NCBI GenBank assembly: GCA_963713795.1
Contig: CAVQNC010000007.1
Coordinates: forward strand, 130,863 to 194,862
Direction: 5' to 3'
Source of the DNA: an uncultured Chloroflexia bacterium
Lineage (GTDB): Bacteria > Chloroflexota > Limnocylindria > Limnocylindrales > CSP1-4
DNA: 64,000 bases
Position numbers and translations under genes: made by a program. Shown in pieces: positions 63,546-64,000 of this stretch. The stretch's first letter is position 1. Each line of letters starts with the position of its first letter. The notes under the pieces are model-generated. The model was not told where the DNA came from. It did no database searches and saw nothing but the letters and a program-made list of their open reading frames with translations.

Positions 63546-63745
63546 GGTCCCGATCTCCTCTTCCGGCGCCGTTGGGGCGGCGCCCTGTGTGACGGCGGGT
63601 GCCCGAACCGTACCGATCCACGATCACCCGCGGCTCATCCAGGGCTTATCGGAGTCGACCCCATCTCATCGGGGAGCGGGCCCTCGCGGTCCCAAGTCCT
63701 CCGACTGGCTTCGCGTCCCGGCGACGCCGGAGCGGCCCACACCTC

Positions 63746-63774
63746 TTGACAGAGCCCGAGCGTGAATTCATAGT
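63746..63774 (+). promoter_or_regulatory. Third TTGACA-N17-CATAGT promoter, upstream of SorC/DeoR regulator gene; followed by TGAGCA direct repeats (candidate operator)
   Basis: Same hexamers and spacing as the two SBP promoters; AT-rich patch unusual for this genome. Confidence 0.4.
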
Positions 63775-63809
63775 TGGCAACATATGAGCACTATGGCGCA
63801 CATTTGAGC

Positions 63810-64000
63810 ATGGCAGCCGGCGCGACGATACTCGGCCGGGATGAGCTGGGTCTGGACACCCGGCTGATGCTCCGCGCCGCGCAGCTCTACTACCGGCTTC
63901 ACCTGACCCAGGACCAGGTCGGCGAGCGGCTCGGCGTCAGCCGCTTCAAGGTCGGCCGCCTCCTGGAACGCGCTCTGCGCGAGTCGGCGGTCCGGATCGA
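63810..64000 (+). CDS. SorC/DeoR-family sugar-binding transcriptional regulator, 3' truncated by window edge
   Basis: N-terminal HTH (LTQDQVGERLGVSRFKVGRLLERA) typical of SorC/CggR/B. subtilis DeoR; adjacent to nucleoside catabolic genes. Confidence 0.55.
   Translation, partial: MAAGATILGRDELGLDTRLMLRAAQLYYRLHLTQDQVGERLGVSRFKVGRLLERALRESAVRI

Overview
This is a high-GC (~70%) bacterial chromosomal segment, densely coding, mostly on the + strand. I found no mobile elements, no CRISPR array, and no clear-cut novel multi-gene system. The split gcvPA/gcvPB genes, BMP/PnrA lipoprotein and lipobox signal peptides suggest a high-GC lineage outside the Actinobacteria, for example Chloroflexota; this is inference only.

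Content in order:
- 1-9200: the 3' end of a reduced dcw division cluster (ftsW, murG, murB, ftsQ, ftsA, a yjbQ insert, ftsZ, yggS, a DUF167/YggU gene), then tRNA-Val(CAC).
- 9331-14898, minus strand: a hybrid sensor histidine kinase and a PAS-GGDEF-EAL protein in tandem, sharing a homologous N-terminal multi-TM sensor module.
- 15058-19582: an enolase-superfamily enzyme, a TrxR-like CxxC flavoprotein, a Cas4-like 4-Cys PD-(D/E)XK nuclease and a Gfo/Idh/MocA oxidoreductase.
- 19737-24473: methylglyoxal synthase with an acidic tail, then iorA-iorB-paaK-ACT (arylpyruvate to arylacetate module).
- 24519-30324: a YciI-like gene, an aldo-keto reductase, aconitase A (minus strand), a long divergent GC-rich intergenic region, and a DUF2520 Rossmann protein.
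- 30639-35663: NUDIX-gcvT-gcvH-gcvPA-gcvPB, with no glycine riboswitch detected.
- 35967-52332: two complete paralogous Dpp/Opp-type peptide ABC systems with four substrate-binding lipoproteins in two paralog pairs.
- 52489-55360: a split glutamine-dependent NAD+ synthetase (CN-hydrolase gene plus nadE) and rsmI.
- 55600-64000: a nucleoside uptake and catabolism island (BMP-family ABC transporter, udp-like phosphorylase, cdd, punA), ssb on the opposite strand, and the start of a SorC/DeoR-type regulator.

Most notable by reading:
- A TTGACA-N17-CATAGT promoter architecture occurs three times.
- A conserved ~130-nt leader sits upstream of the two paralogous peptide-binding lipoprotein genes.
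- 12-nt tandem repeats encode Pro/Thr linkers.
- yjbQ sits inside the division cluster.
- The enolase-family enzyme reads K-L-R at the expected KxK motif.
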